DNA of 64,000 nt from Piromyces finnis finn (Eukaryota; Fungi; Neocallimastigomycota): NCBI GenBank assembly GCA_002104945.1, contig MCFH01000001.1, positions 2,418,001 to 2,482,000 on the forward strand. Reading direction: 5' to 3'. The notes under the pieces were generated by a model that searched no databases, was not told the DNA's origin, and saw only the letters and a list, made by a program, of their open reading frames with translations. Below, in pieces: positions 16,934-31,605 of the stretch. The position numbers and the translations under genes were made by a program. Position 1 is the first letter of the stretch; every line of letters begins with the position of its first letter.

Positions 16934-19900
16934 AAATTATATATAAATATTTATTATATTATTATTGAATAAATATATTCCAATATTTATTATAATAACT
17001 ACATTAATAAGAATAGGTGAAAATTAAAAAATCATTATATTCCTATTAAAATTGTAAATAAAGAGTCTTTATAACCCAATAATGTCAATGCAAATATACA
17101 TATTGTATAAATATAATAACTATAGTATAAAAGTTTAAACATTAAAAATATATAGACTTTTTTTTAAATAATACTAAATAGTAATATGAATCATTAAAAT
17201 TTTAAAATAAATAAAATATAATATTTTTTTTAAAAAAAGCATATGAATAATTTTTTATTGTTTTTTTGTATACAAAAATATATCATTTTCTCATTTTTTT
17301 TAATTTAATTTTATTTATTATTAAATTATATGTACTAAAAAAAAAAAAATTGACACTTATTAATATAATAAACTTTTTTTTATATTAATTGCTTTTAATT
17401 TCATTTTATGTTTTTTTTTATATTTTTGGATCTTTTCTAAATTGTAGTTTAGACCTTAGATTCAATATTAGGAATATTAAGCATTGATATTATATTCCTT
17501 ATTTTAAATTATTATAAAGAAGAGTTTTTCTCAATCTAAAAGTCAGGTTTTTTTTTTATTTTAATATGAATTATGCAAAATATATATAAATTTAATATCT
17601 AAAAGTTTTAATAAATTTTTAATATATCATTAAATAATGTTTCTAATATATTAATTTAATACATAATAAATTAAATATTTTAATATTTTTATTTTTATTA
17701 AATGCTAAGCAAAAGAAAAGTGTTTTATATGGAAGTGAATAATTAATTAAAAATAAAAGAAACTTTATTTCTATTATAAAGTTTAACATATAAACTAATA
17801 AGAATTATATAAAAACTATACTTTTATATAATAAAAACAAATATTTATATATGTATTATTATAATGATACTAATTATTTATTATCTAGAATTTTAAGGTT
17901 ATTTTTATTATTATTTAAAATTATTTCTCACTTTGAAATTTTTCGGGTAAAAATTCTGCCAGAGGTCAAATTTCTTCTAGCAAAAAAGACTGGCTAGATC
18001 CTCCAAAAGGATAAATGTTAATTCATCAAAACTATAGGTTTTTAATATAATTCAAAAAGTTCCATTGTTATACTTCAACTACAGTAATATATTATTAGAA
18101 TATATACATTAATGATATGAAACTTAATATTAATTCTTTAGAATATTCCCAATAATTCAATTTTAAATCTTATATAATTGATTCTTTTACATATATAGTA
18201 ATTAATTAAGTTATATATGAATGTTATTTATTATAATGGGAATTGAATAATAAATTAACATATAATTTATGATTTATATATGGAAAATTATAATATAATA
18301 TATGATCAATTAATATATTTTTCAAATTGAAAGTTAGTGCATTTTTTAGTTGTGAGCTTTTTCATCTATAAATTTTTTAAAAAATTAGTACATATAATAA
18401 AAAAAAATGACATATATATATATATCATATAAAATAAATGTATAATTAAAAAAAGTAAAAAAATAATCTTATATTATTTAAGGAGATTATAATAATAATC
18501 ATCATAAGTAATAATAAAAGGTATTAATAAAAGGAAATTATTAAAATTTATTATAAAATTCTATTTATTAATGTATTCATATATATTTCTTTAGGTTTAA
18601 AGCTTGAATCATTTTTATATAAAAGATTTTCACCAAATCTACATAAATATTTGTTAAAAGAAGGGTTATTTCCATCATACAAAATGTAATATGATCATAT
18701 TTATAATGTTACATGGCTTACAGAACAAAAAGAATAATGAATAAGAGTGGATAGAATAATAGTCAATTGACTTTTGTGTTATAGTGAAAAAAATTTGTTG
18801 CCTTGTGGAATATATAAAAAAAATTCTTTTTCTATTAAAATCAAAATGTACCTTTTAGAAATAAAATAATATTAAAATATTATTACAAAAGATGTATTAA
18901 ACCAATAATTTTTTAGGGCATAAATTAAAAATAAAAAAGATATGCTATTCTATTTAATTAATTTAACTAAAAAAATAATAAATAAGATTTATGAATAAAA
19001 TTCCTTTTCTTAAAAAGTGATACAACAGGCTTTGTGGAATGACTTATATATTTGTTTATAAATGATTAAAATACATACTTAATATTATATAACCGAAAGA
19101 ATATCTTCTCCTAATTATTATATTCTTAGATAGAGACTCATTTACTATATTTTCTTCTAATTTATACCAAAATCTAACTATAAAATTTTTTTATTTACAT
19201 TATTAAGTGCATATTATTAATGTAAAAATATTTTATTTAAAACTTATTAATATTAATTGGAAAATATTCATTATTTATTATTTTTTATATTCTTATATAA
19301 TATTTAACTATTAAGCTTGTTTATATAATTAAATAAAATAATTATTTTAATTGCTTTCATAGCTTATAAATACATTAGTTTACTATATAAAATGTAAAAA
19401 AAATTACATTTAAAAATCTAATATTGCATTTATTTATATTCAATTAATATTTATCACATTATTCAATTATATTAATTGAAGTGTGCATATCCATTTTTCC
19501 ATTTTATAAACAATAGGGGTTGCTTATCTTGTCTAACCTTGACAAACATATCGTTTTTTTTTTATTTGTCCCTCAAAGGTGAATTTTGTTATTTATTATT
19601 TAAATACATACATAATAAATATAACAGCGTTATTATTTCAATATGTATTACTAATTACGCACAATAAAACTATTAATCATTATATAAACAAATTATGCAT
19701 TCTGTATGGATTATATATAAGAATAATTATTATTATTATATTACTATCATTAATATAATTTTATTATTTTACTTAATGTTATTTGTAGGAAATAATAATA
19801 ATCACAATAATATTTCTATTCCTTTATTTTATTTTTGTATAATTTAATAAGTTTTAATGTATGTCATTTTATTTGTTCGTTAACTTTATTAAATAAAAAA

Positions 19901-20269
19901 TGACTCAGATCAATATTATCGATTCATATGATTCATATGATAAAATTAATTTTATAATAAATAAGATTTAAGAAAAAGATAATATTACCCAAATAGAAAT
20001 TTTAAATTAATAAAAAAATTATAATTTATAATTATTTGATACTGCTGAATGTAACGTATAAAAGGAAATAAAAAAGGATAAATTCATTAAATTTTTGTAT
20101 TTTTGAATTTATTTATATTATATAAATATAATATAATATAAACTCAAGATTATTTTAAACGTTATTGATTAACATTTAAACAAAAAATTATAAATATATA
20201 TATATATATTTGTATATAATAAAAAAAATAAAAAATAAAAACAAAAGTAAAAATAAAAATATTGTTACA

Positions 20270-22677
20270 ATGAGAAAGTACACTATTATTAGCGTTGTAT
20301 CAGCATTAGTTGGTATGGCTCAAGCAGCATGCTGGTCATCTGCAATAGGATATAAATGCTGTCAAAAATGTGACATTGTCACTGAAGATAATTCTGGAAA
20401 GTGGGGTATTGAAAACAATGAATGGTGTGGTATTGATGACTCTGTTTGCAACAATAACAGTAGTAATGCTTCTTGCTGGTCTCTTCCATGTAATTAAAAA
20501 TGGATATATATATAAATTAAAAAATTAAGTACTTTAACATTTTATCAATTTCAAATCATATTAAAAATATATTCAAAATTATTTATTTTAATAAAGCTTA
20601 TCCATGTTGTCAAGGTGATTCTATTGCCTATTCAGATGCCAGTGGTGATTGGGGTATTGAAAATGGTCAATGGTGTGGTATTGTTAAGAAATCAAACCAA
20701 CAACAACAAGCCTCTTGTTGGACTGAACCAGGTAAGAATATAAAATTTGAAGTTTTGCCAGTTATTAATATATAAGTTAATAAAACATATAATATTTTTA
20801 TTAATAAAATTATTCCTATAGATTATCCTTGTTGTAAGGGTAGTAATGTTGCTATTGCCTATTCTGACAGTCAAGGTGACTGGGGTGTTGAAAATGGTCA
20901 ATGGTGTGGTATTCAAAAAAACAATAACAATCAAAACAACCAAAACCAAAACAATCAACAAAATAACAATAACAATCAAAATGCTCAAGAAGATCAAAAT
21001 CTTCCAAAATTCTCAATGGAATCTGGTTTCTACGAAGCTAAGGACAGTCTTACTTTAACTTTAAGTGGTTCAGGTACTGTCTACTACACTTTAGATAGTT
21101 CTAACCCAACTACTTCTTCTACTGCTAAGACTTACAGTGGAGCTATTAAAATGTATGATCACACTGTTGACGAAAATGTTTACAGTAAGTACCAACATCA
21201 AGATAACAGTCCATATTCTATTACTTTACAAAATCCATACGTAGCCAGTCCAGTTAAATTCGATAAGGTTACTGTTGTACGTGCTGCTGTAAAGTTATCT
21301 AATGGTAGTTGGAGTCCAGTTGTTACTAAGACTTTTATTATCATGGACCAAAATAAACTTCAATACTACAAGAATATTCCAGTTGTTTCTCTTGTTACTG
21401 ATCCAAAGAACCTTTTCGATAAGGATAAGGGTATTTATGTTTGTGGTCAACAATATCTTGATTGGAAGAGAGGTCCAAATTACAACCCATCAAAGAGTGA
21501 ATGGGATTTCGATAACGTTGCCAACTTCTTCTCAAAAGGTAAGGAATGGGAACGTGATGCTTCCATTTCTATTTTCCGTAATGGTAAGGAAGCTCTTACT
21601 CAAGATGTTGGTATTCGTATTAAGGGTGCTTCCACTCGTAACCATCATGTTAAAGGTTTCAACATTTATCCACGCAAGGAATATGGTGAATCTAAAATTA
21701 AGTATGAAATCATTGAAAATAACACTAACATTATTGACGGTAAGGCCATTTCTAAGTATGATTCATTCAGTCTTCGTGGTGTTTACTGGTTCGATAGAAT
21801 GAGAGAAGCTATTGTTCAAAGTGGTCTTAAAGATTCTCCAATCCTTGCTACTTTTGACAGTAGTCGTTGTGTTGTTTTCCTTGATGGTGAATTCTGGGGT
21901 TTATATGATATGGTTGAAAAGGCTTCTGCTGATTACATTAAGGATAATTACAGCATTCCAAAGGACAATGTTGCAATGATTAAGAATGATGTTTTAGAAG
22001 AAGGTACTGAACAAGATCTTCAAGAATTCAAGAGTTTAGTTGAATACTGTAAAAACAATGACCTTACTAACTCTGCAAACTACAACTACGTCACCAGTAA
22101 GTTAGATATTGAAAGTTTAATTTACAGTTACGCTACTGGTTTCTATCTTGGTATCTGGGATTGGCCAAACCGTAACTACTTTGTTTACAGAAACAAGGGT
22201 GAAGCTATTAGTGGTAATAAATATGCCGATGGTAAATGGAGATATGGTGCTTTCGATTTTGATTACTCTGCTGGTATTACTTACGATAACTTTGGTGGAG
22301 TTAAGGGTTACGCTCATGATTCTTTCACCAAGTTCCAAAGTAAGAAGGATGAATTCCCAACTCCAATCTTCAGTGCTTTAATTAAGAACAAGACATTCTA
22401 CAAGAAGTTCTCTGATGTTATGTACCTTATGAGCAAGGATATTTTCGAACCAAGCAAGATGAGAAAGATTGTTCAAGAACACAAGAGCAAATACATGGAC
22501 TACATTATTCAAACTGATTGGAGATGGTACTTTGGTACTCCAAACCTTTCATGGGATACTTTCAAGTCCAACCAAAACAGATACTTCTCTGACGGTTGGG
22601 ATGAAATTAGTGAATTCTTCCAAAATCGTCCACAATACGTCTACAGATTTATGGAAAATGTTTATGGTAAAATTTAA
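20270..22677 (+). CDS. cotH: Cellulosomal CotH-family kinase: signal peptide, three dockerins, N/Q linker, chitobiase/Fn3-associated-type domain, CotH kinase
   Basis: Exons 20270-20489, 20597-20731, 20822-22677 join in frame. [10 protein letters not shown]...[10 protein letters not shown] domain; [29 protein letters not shown] and FDFD CotH motifs. Confidence 0.88.
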
Positions 22678-23357
22678 GTTTTAAAATGAATTATCATTAA
22701 AATTATTTTTTTTTTTTAATGATAAATTAGAAATTTATCATAAATTATTACTATAGTATAATAAAAAAAAAATGTAAAAAAAAAATGCCATAAAAATTTT
22801 ATTATTTATCAAGAAGTTTTTATTTTTATTTTTTATTAATAAATTTTAAATAAATATTTGAAAAATTAAGAAAAATAAATATAAAAATTTTGAAGGCCAT
22901 TGATTAAAAAGGTATAAATTGATAAAAATAAAAACAATTTATCCTTTCAAAAAAATCAAAACAAAAAAAAAAAAAAAAACAAAGAAATAAGATTAAAAAG
23001 AAGAAAATAAAAGATAGATATAAAGTTCAATAAACAAGTTCTGGTTTTATATTTTTTATTTCTTAATATTAATTACTAATTTTATTATTTTTTATTCCCA
23101 AAATCTTGTTAAAAATTAATGGATGAAACATATTATTATTAATAATATGATTGTTTATAATATTTGCTTTAATTAAAAAAAAAAAAAATGGTGATTTTAC
23201 CAGAAAGTTATAATGTATTTTAAAAATTAAATAATGTAGTGGCGTATGATTGTCTTATGTATTTAAGTTAATGTTCCGAGATAAAAATTTTTATTTTTAT
23301 TAATAATGAAATTTAACATTTTATTTCAATTATTAAATGTCATATTTTGAATAAGAA

Positions 23358-24539
23358 ATGAATATAAAAGTTGTTTTTTTATTATTACTCTATACAGTAT
23401 TATCACATTCCAAAACATGTATAGATATATTTTCTAAACTTGGTTTAGATGTAAATAAATTAAATACAGATACATCCTATCAATGCTATGAAAATACTAA
23501 TAATGAAGCAATATCACTGTTAGAAAAATTATATAATACTAATTTATATAATAATACTTAAGATTAATTGTATCTAATAAATATATATTTATTATATTTT
23601 TATATTTAAACTTTTTTTATATTTTTTATATTATATGAAGTGAATTGTTAGATGTAGATTTGAGTAATGGGAATGTTGATGTTATATTTGAAACACCTTC
23701 TTTAGAAATACTGTAAGATTTACAAATATTATATATGATATATATTATTATCAAGAAAAGTTGTTAAAATATAATATATATATATTATGTTTATTCATTC
23801 AATAGAAAACTTTCATCATCTAATGTGCTGATACCAAATAAATTTAATGAACTACCAAATCTTGTAGAAATGTATTATTATTTAACATATATTAAAATTA
23901 AAATTTACATAAAATCATAAACAAATTATTAATATTAATATTTGAATGAACCTAAAACAGTTTTATCTCCAATATTAATTATGAACAATTCCCAGATTCT
24001 GTGTTTAAACTAGAAAAACTTAAAGAATTGTAAGTAGACAAAAAAAAAAAAGCTGATTAATAAATTAAAATAATAATCTTTTTTTATTTTAAAAACTAAT
24101 CTTAAATTTTATTATTTACGGCACTTTAATTAAAAGATCCTTTAATAATTGTGGATTTACCTCAATACCCGATAAGTTTAATAATATTTTAAATCTAACA
24201 ACACTGTAAGTAAATATTAATATAACTATATATACTAAATTGAAATAAATAGAATCGGAATGGACTATATTTAAAATTTATAAATGATTTTATAATTTAT
24301 ATTTTTATTTAATATTCAAATATGATAACATTAGTCGTCTATCTGGTAATAAATTTGAATTTCTTCCAAGATCAATATATGAACTTAAAAATCTTACTAC
24401 TATGTATGCAATATCAAATTAAATTATATTAATATTTCTGTAAATTTTATGATAGAAATTTTTTTTTTAAAAAAAAAAAAATACTATTATAACTATAATT
24501 AACATTTTTTAATTTGTTTTTTTTTTTTTTTTGCTTGTC

Positions 24540-24570
<31 letters not shown>

Positions 24571-26324
24571 GTGAAATTAATAGAAATCCAAATTTCAAAG
24601 GTTTGGCATTAAATCCAGTTATAACAACCGTTAATAACGAAGAACATAAATTAGAATCAAATGAATTTAAAAATAATGAAAATTCAAATACTAATTTAGA
24701 AAATAATGAAAATTTTAGAAATGCTGAAGATCAACAACCTTTAGATAACAACACCAAAATGACGTTTACTGCTAATTCAAATTATAAAAAGATTGACGAA
24801 TTATCTTATAGTTTAAAAAAAGCAATAAATGAATATAATGTAATTTCATTTGATATATTTGATACATTATTAGTTCGTTCATATGTGAGACCAGTGGATC
24901 TTTTTATTCACATGGAACAAATATATAATGTTACTGGATTCACAGAGGCAAGAATGATGGCAGAAAGAAGAGTTCGTAAAACCGTTCAAGGAACTAAGGA
25001 AGATATAAAATTTGATGAAATTTATGAAGAAATTGATGAAAGGTATAAATGGTTAAAAGAAAAAGAATTATTACTTGAATATCAAAGTTCAAATGCCCGT
25101 TTATTCATCAAAGATATTTACGAATACGCATGTCAACAAAATAAAAAAATTATTATTATTTCAGATATTTATCTCTCAAAACAATTTATTGTTAAATTAT
25201 TAGAAAAAAATGGTTATACAAATTATGATAGTATATACATATCATCTGAATATTATAAAACTAAAGGAACTGGATCTTTATATAATGTAGCTATGGAAGA
25301 TCTTAATCTTTCAGTAAAAGATATTTTACATGTAGGTGATAATCTTTTTTCTGATGTAAATCGACCACGAAAATTAGGTATTAATGCATTTTATGTCCCA
25401 AAAGTAATAGAATTCCTTTTCCAAACAGATTCCAGAATAGAATACTTTTACAAAAAATATAAAGATGATATTGGAGCATCCATCATGTTAGGATTATTAG
25501 CTTATCACTCTGAAGGTACATATAATAATTATTGGTATGAATTTGGATATAAGTATGCAGGTCCTCTTATTTTAGGATATATGCAATGGTTAGAACAACA
25601 ACTGAAAAAAGAAGATATTAGTAAAGCTTTATTTGTTGCTCGTGATGGTTATACCTTGGAAAAGGTTTTTAAACTCATTCATCCTTCAGAAGAAATTGAA
25701 ACTCATTATATTTATTTACCTCGAAAAATAGCTAATGAGTGTCTAAGTGAAAATCCAGAAATAGCTGAAAAATCCAAAAAAGAATATATGTATTATTTAG
25801 AACAATTTGATTTACAAAGCAAAAGATTGGCTGTGATTGATTCTGTAACTTATTGGTTTTCATCTCAAAGAACATTAGTTCACCTTTTCCCCGAGAAAGA
25901 AATCAAAGGATACTATTGGCTATATGGAAATAATTTATTCAATAATTTGATGTGTGAGTCCTTCCAAAATGATCATAGACATAGAATTGGTGAAATTATA
26001 GAATTAATAATGACAGCTCCAACCTCCCCTGTAGAAACCATTGCTAATGGTAAACCTATTTTTAAGGAGATGAATGAAACTGAAAATGTAAGAGTAAAAT
26101 TATACCCAGATTTATCTAGTGGAGCAATAAATTTTGCTAAAGATTATTTAAGTGCTTTTAAGAACTTAAATAATAGTAATTTATCATGTGATATGTTGAT
26201 CGAATGGATAAAAATATTTTTACAGAGACCTACAGAAATTGATAAAATATCCTTCTTTAATATTGAACATGCTTCAGACGAAAATCATTCTGAATATAAT
26301 AAATTAATGTATATGTGGTATTAA
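23358..26324 (+). CDS. Secreted leucine-rich-repeat protein fused to a bacterial-type HAD-superfamily hydrolase
   Basis: Signal exon 23358-about 23518; phase-2 LRR-like exons 23641-23712, 23806-23871, 23961-24029, 24137-24205, 24335-24403; terminal exon 24572-26324 with FDIFDTL (motif I), IISDIY, K.TG.LY, HVGDN..SD (motif IV) and FVARDGY. Confidence 0.75.
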
Positions 26325-27450
26325 AAAATATTTATTATATATTAGATATAAATAAATTTTAATTTCCCTGTTTATTAATGATACAAAAGAAAAACTTTTG
26401 ATATGTAAATATATTCATGATGAAAAAAAATTTATTATAAGATAAATTAAAACAATAAAAGTGAATGAAACATAATAAATTCTTAACCAAATTATTTATA
26501 TTATCTTGATTTTTTTTTTTTTTTTTTTTTATTTATTATTATTATTACATGACGATTCAAATTCATACATACATAAAAGTTAACATTAATTAGCTTTTAT
26601 GTATACTAAAATGGAAAAAATGAAAAAGTTAATTTATTTAATATTTAATCAATAAAAAAAATACTGATTCAAGATAATATTTTATTTTAAATTAAACTTT
26701 TTTATAAAAAAAAAACTTTAGGTTTATTTTTAACTTTTCAGTTTTGAACTATCTCCATATACCTGATTTGATAATCAATATTTTATTATTTTGTTTAATA
26801 ATAATTGTTAATATTTGGTTTTTGTTTTCATATAATAAATAAATTATAAAAATTAACTCCAATTTTATCTAAATTTCAAAAGCTTTTTTTTTTTTTTTTT
26901 TTTTTATAATATCGTATATTTTATATTAGATTTAAAATTTTCTTAATTACTTTAACAATTCATAAAGAAAGTTTAAAAAAAAATTTTTAGTGTTATAATT
27001 GAATTTTTTTAATTATTTAAATAATTTGTGAAGAGTAATAAACTTTTTTTAGTTAATATAACAAGATTTTTTGAAATATAATATAAAAAACATTGATACT
27101 TTTAAAAGTTTTGCTAGAGGGAAAAATAAAAAAAAAAAAAATATTATTACATGTTATATTAGAACTCAAAAATAATATAAAATAAAAATAAAATATATTA
27201 TAAAATTCAAATTCCCATTCATATATAATATTCATATATAATAAAAATAGAAGTTCATTTATATTAATTAAAATAATATTAAGTGTTTCTGATAATAGTC
27301 AAGACTAAAAACAAATTTTAAATAAAAATTAGAGCATAAATTGGTAGTAATATATATACTACCAATATATACCTTTCTTGGTTAATGAAAACAAAGTTAT
27401 AAGGATTTCAATATAAAAGAACAAAATTTTGTATTTCCCCAAAAGTTAAA

Positions 27451-28264
27451 ATGAAATTATTATATATTTTATTTAATATTACTCTAATATTTTTATGTAA
27501 TACATATGCATATAAAATTCAAACATCATTTGAAAATAAAAATACGGAAGCAAAGGAAAAACGTGAAGATAAAAGTGATGAATGCATTTATATAAATAAT
27601 TTATTTGGTCAGGATGAATCGTTTAATTGCTGTGAAATGGACGGAATTATTTGTGAAGATGGATATATCATTGAAATGTAAATACTTTATATTTGAATGT
27701 TGACCATATATATTTTTCAAATTAATCAAATGATAATTTATTATTGATGTCATATTATTAATGAAAAACAATGTATGCTGTTTCATATATTTTTTATTAA
27801 CTTCCAATATAGAGATTTATCTCGCAATAATATAAGTGGATACATTCCTGATTCAATTGGAAATTTAATTGAATTGACAAAATTGTAGATAATATCCTTC
27901 TTTTTTAATATTTAAAATATAATTGAATAGAAGAAATCTAAAATTTATATTCTAATGTTTTTTTCTATTATTATTATTATTATTATCATTATTATTAAAA
28001 AATAATAATATAATATTAAAAAGAAATTTAAATAATAACATGTTAAATGGAACAATACCTAATTCTATTGGAAATTTATCTAAATTGAAATATTTGTAAA
28101 TATAATATCTCTTCTTTTTTTGACATTAATAATTATGAAATATTCATATAAATATCATATTTAATAATATAATAAATATGAAGATCTTTAGATCAAAATA
28201 TGTTAAGTGGATCCATTCCAGAATTTATTGGAAATCTAACTGAATTAACAATGCTGTAAAATGA

Positions 28265-28296
<32 letters not shown>

Positions 28297-29909
28297 ACTC
28301 TTCCTATGCTTATATTTAAATAACTAACTGAATTTTTTTTTATCTATATTCTAATATAGATGTTTATCTGATAATATGTTAAGTGGTCCGATTCCTGAAA
28401 CTATAGGAAATTTATCTAAATTAGAAGAATTGTAATAATAATTTTATTATTGATACTACATAACTACATAACTACATATTATTAATAGTTTATATAATAA
28501 AAAGTTTAAAAATAATTAAAATTTTTAAAAATATTTTTTTTAATTATTATTATTTAAAATAATAATAATCAGATGGTTAGATAATAATAATTTGAGTGGA
28601 TCCATTCCTAAAACTATTGGAAATCTAACCGAATTATTAATACTGTATTGTATATATAAACCTGAAATATTGTTATAATAATATAATAATATTCTAATAT
28701 AAAAACTATTTCGTTATTATATATAATATATAATAATTTATTTCTAAATATATGAATTTTTATAATTTTTATATAATAAAAACATTTAATGTATTATAAA
28801 GATGGTTAGATAATAATAATTTAAGTGAATCCATTCCTGAATCCATTGGAAATCTTTCTAAATTAGAATGGTTGTAAGTAAAATGAAATATATTTTATAT
28901 TATATTTTTATATTATAAAAAAATAATATAATTAATGTTATTAAATAAATAGAGATTTAAATAACAATGAATTTAGTGGATCAATTCCTGAATCTTTTGG
29001 AAACTTAAAAGAATTAACAATATTGTAATTAAATAAGTTTATATCTATTGTTTTTATATTTTTACGTGTATTAATAATAAAACAATTAAATTGAATATTA
29101 TTTAATGTAACAAAATATATATTAGAAATTTATATAATAATTCATTAAGCGAATCTCTTCCAGAATTTGAAAACTTAACCAAGTTCAAAGAACTGTAAAA
29201 ATATTTCTATAAGATTTTTTATTATACATTATATATATTATATATATTTTTAATTTATCTTTATATATTGAAAAAATTTATTAATAAAAGCAACATAGAA
29301 AACAATAACAAATTATATGGAAGAATTCCAAGTAATAATTATGATGGTATGAAAAATAAAATATTTGATTTTATATATGATGTATAATAAATATGTTGCT
29401 AATATAAAGTTATAATAAAATGAAATTTAAATAGACTGTAATTTTAGTGGTACACATATATGTTACTCAAAAGATAACTATAATTCCAATTGTACATATC
29501 CCGCAAGGTATTATGATTGTACAAAATGCGTTAAAAATGCTTCTAGGAAAGATGATATTTGTCAATGTTCTAGTGAATTATATTATGGAATTGGTTATAT
29601 TGAATGTAGAGAAAAGAGTAGTAATGGTATAGAAAAATTTTGTTTGTCTGTTTGTTTATTATTTCATTTAAAATGTTTAATAAAATGAAAATATATATAT
29701 ATATATATATTTATTAATCATTTACAGAAATATTAACATAAAATAATATATTATTATTAATAATAAAATCTATAGGAACAGAATCAAATAGTGATATTAT
29801 AAAATATTTAACTGATTACAATTTGATTTCATTATCAAGGAGGAATAATGCTTTTATTTTTTTAAATATAATTATTGTAATTCTTGTAACTCTAATGCTT
29901 CAGATATAA
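27451..29909 (+). CDS. LRR receptor-like surface protein with EGF-like Cys module and hydrophobic C-terminus (TM or GPI signal)
   Basis: Exon 27451-27677; LRR exons 27813-27884, 28024-28095, 28184-28255, 28360-28431, 28573-28644, 28802-28873, 28953-29024 (72 nt each) and 29126-29194 (69 nt), consensus L..N.LSG.IP..IGNL..L; then 29291-29346, 29435-29626 (Cys-rich) and 29776-29909 ending FIFLNIIIVILVTLMLQI. Confidence 0.85.
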
Positions 29910-31605
29910 AAATTGTAAAAAGATATTAGTATTTTTCATAAATCTATATTTTATATATATAAAAATTAAGTTTAAAATAATAAAAATATAATTCTATGTT
30001 AATTAAATTGATTTTTTTTTAAAAAAAAGAAAAAAAAAAGTTTTAATTGAGGTCTAAACCTTGGGAAAATACTAAATTGTAAGTTGCTTTCATTTTATCA
30101 CTTTCAGTAAAACAATTATTAAAATATATAATATTATTGATTATTGATATATTAAGTATAAACATTCGTATTATTGTTTTAATAAGGAATATAAATTATA
30201 ATTTATAATTTACTTATATCTAAAAATAGGGAAATATTTAAATTGATATTTTTTAATAATTTAGAGTATTTTCCTGCCTTTTTAAATAAAAAATGTATAT
30301 CAAAAAGGAATATTCATAGAGATTATAATTATTAAAAAAGAATAAAATTAATGATAATAATAACCTTTTTAAAAATTAGCTCATTAACAAATTTATTTTT
30401 TTTTTATTAATTAAAATAAAGGTAAACCATATATAAATTCATTTTTAAGGTTGGAGTTAAAATTTTATAGTTAAAATAAAATTCAAAAGAAAATCTTATT
30501 TAAACTTTACTAATCAAAAATAATAATTGTAATAATAATATATAGTAAATAGTTAATATTCATAATGTATTCATTTTAATAAGGGAATGAAAATATTCTA
30601 TTAAAAATTATAAAGTATAAAAGAAAATAATATTAATTATAATTATCACATTTAGAGTATTAAAGCATAAAGTATAAAATTAACAACACTATACATTTTC
30701 TTTTTTTTTATAAATATCTTTTATATATAACATATAATTTGAATACTTTTCAAAATTCTAATAATTATTTCTTTTTGCATGAATAAATATTAATTATTTA
30801 AATATTTATAATAAAAATATAATTTACTATTAATTTTGATATTTAATTTATTAATTATTAAAAAAGAAATTTTTTTTATGAATTTTTTGTTCATCCATAA
30901 TTAGTAATAAAACGGCTGGTCAAAAATAATAATAATAATTAATTAGGTTTTTGTGCTACTACCCTTATCTTTAACATTATATTAAATATATAATTAAATT
31001 AAACATATAATTATAAAAATATATAAATAAATTAAAATTAAATTGTATATAATAATAAATTAGTACTAAAACGGTACATTTTAAATAATAAAGTTTAAAG
31101 AAACTGTACAGCCAATAATATTTTAGATAAAAAAAACTTTAATTTATATAATATATTATTTTTTATTTTTTCATTTTAAATATAGTTTTTTAATTTTTCA
31201 AAAATGAACAAAAAACCATATTTAATTATAATAATAAATGAATGAAAAATAGTATTATTAATAAATATATATATAAAAATTAATGAATGATTAAATAAAT
31301 AAAAACCTCTCCAAGTTTTTTTTTATTTAATTTTAATATTTTTATTTAATTTTGTAAATATATTTTACCCACAACCCATAATGAAAGAAAAAATATTTAT
31401 TAAAATTTTTTTATTTTCTTTTATTTATTATAGAATTATTTTTAAAAAAAATATGAAATTTGATTTTTAAAATTTGAATGTTTTAAATTTATAATATTTT
31501 GTATATATTTTATTTTCGCAAAATTATAATTTTATAATTAGTGTAAATTATTAATCAAATAAGGAAATCTATTATAATAACAATAGTAATATAATATATA
31601 ATAAA

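Noticed and set aside
18590-18900. Protein-like fragment (LYKRFSPNLHKYLLKEGLFP...) with stops
   Set aside because: Too short and degraded to assign; possibly an old pseudogene exon.
24531-24571. Stand-alone start MLVFFFFLKKKK for the HAD ORF
   Set aside because: This is intronic poly-T/poly-A ending in an AG acceptor at 24570-24571.
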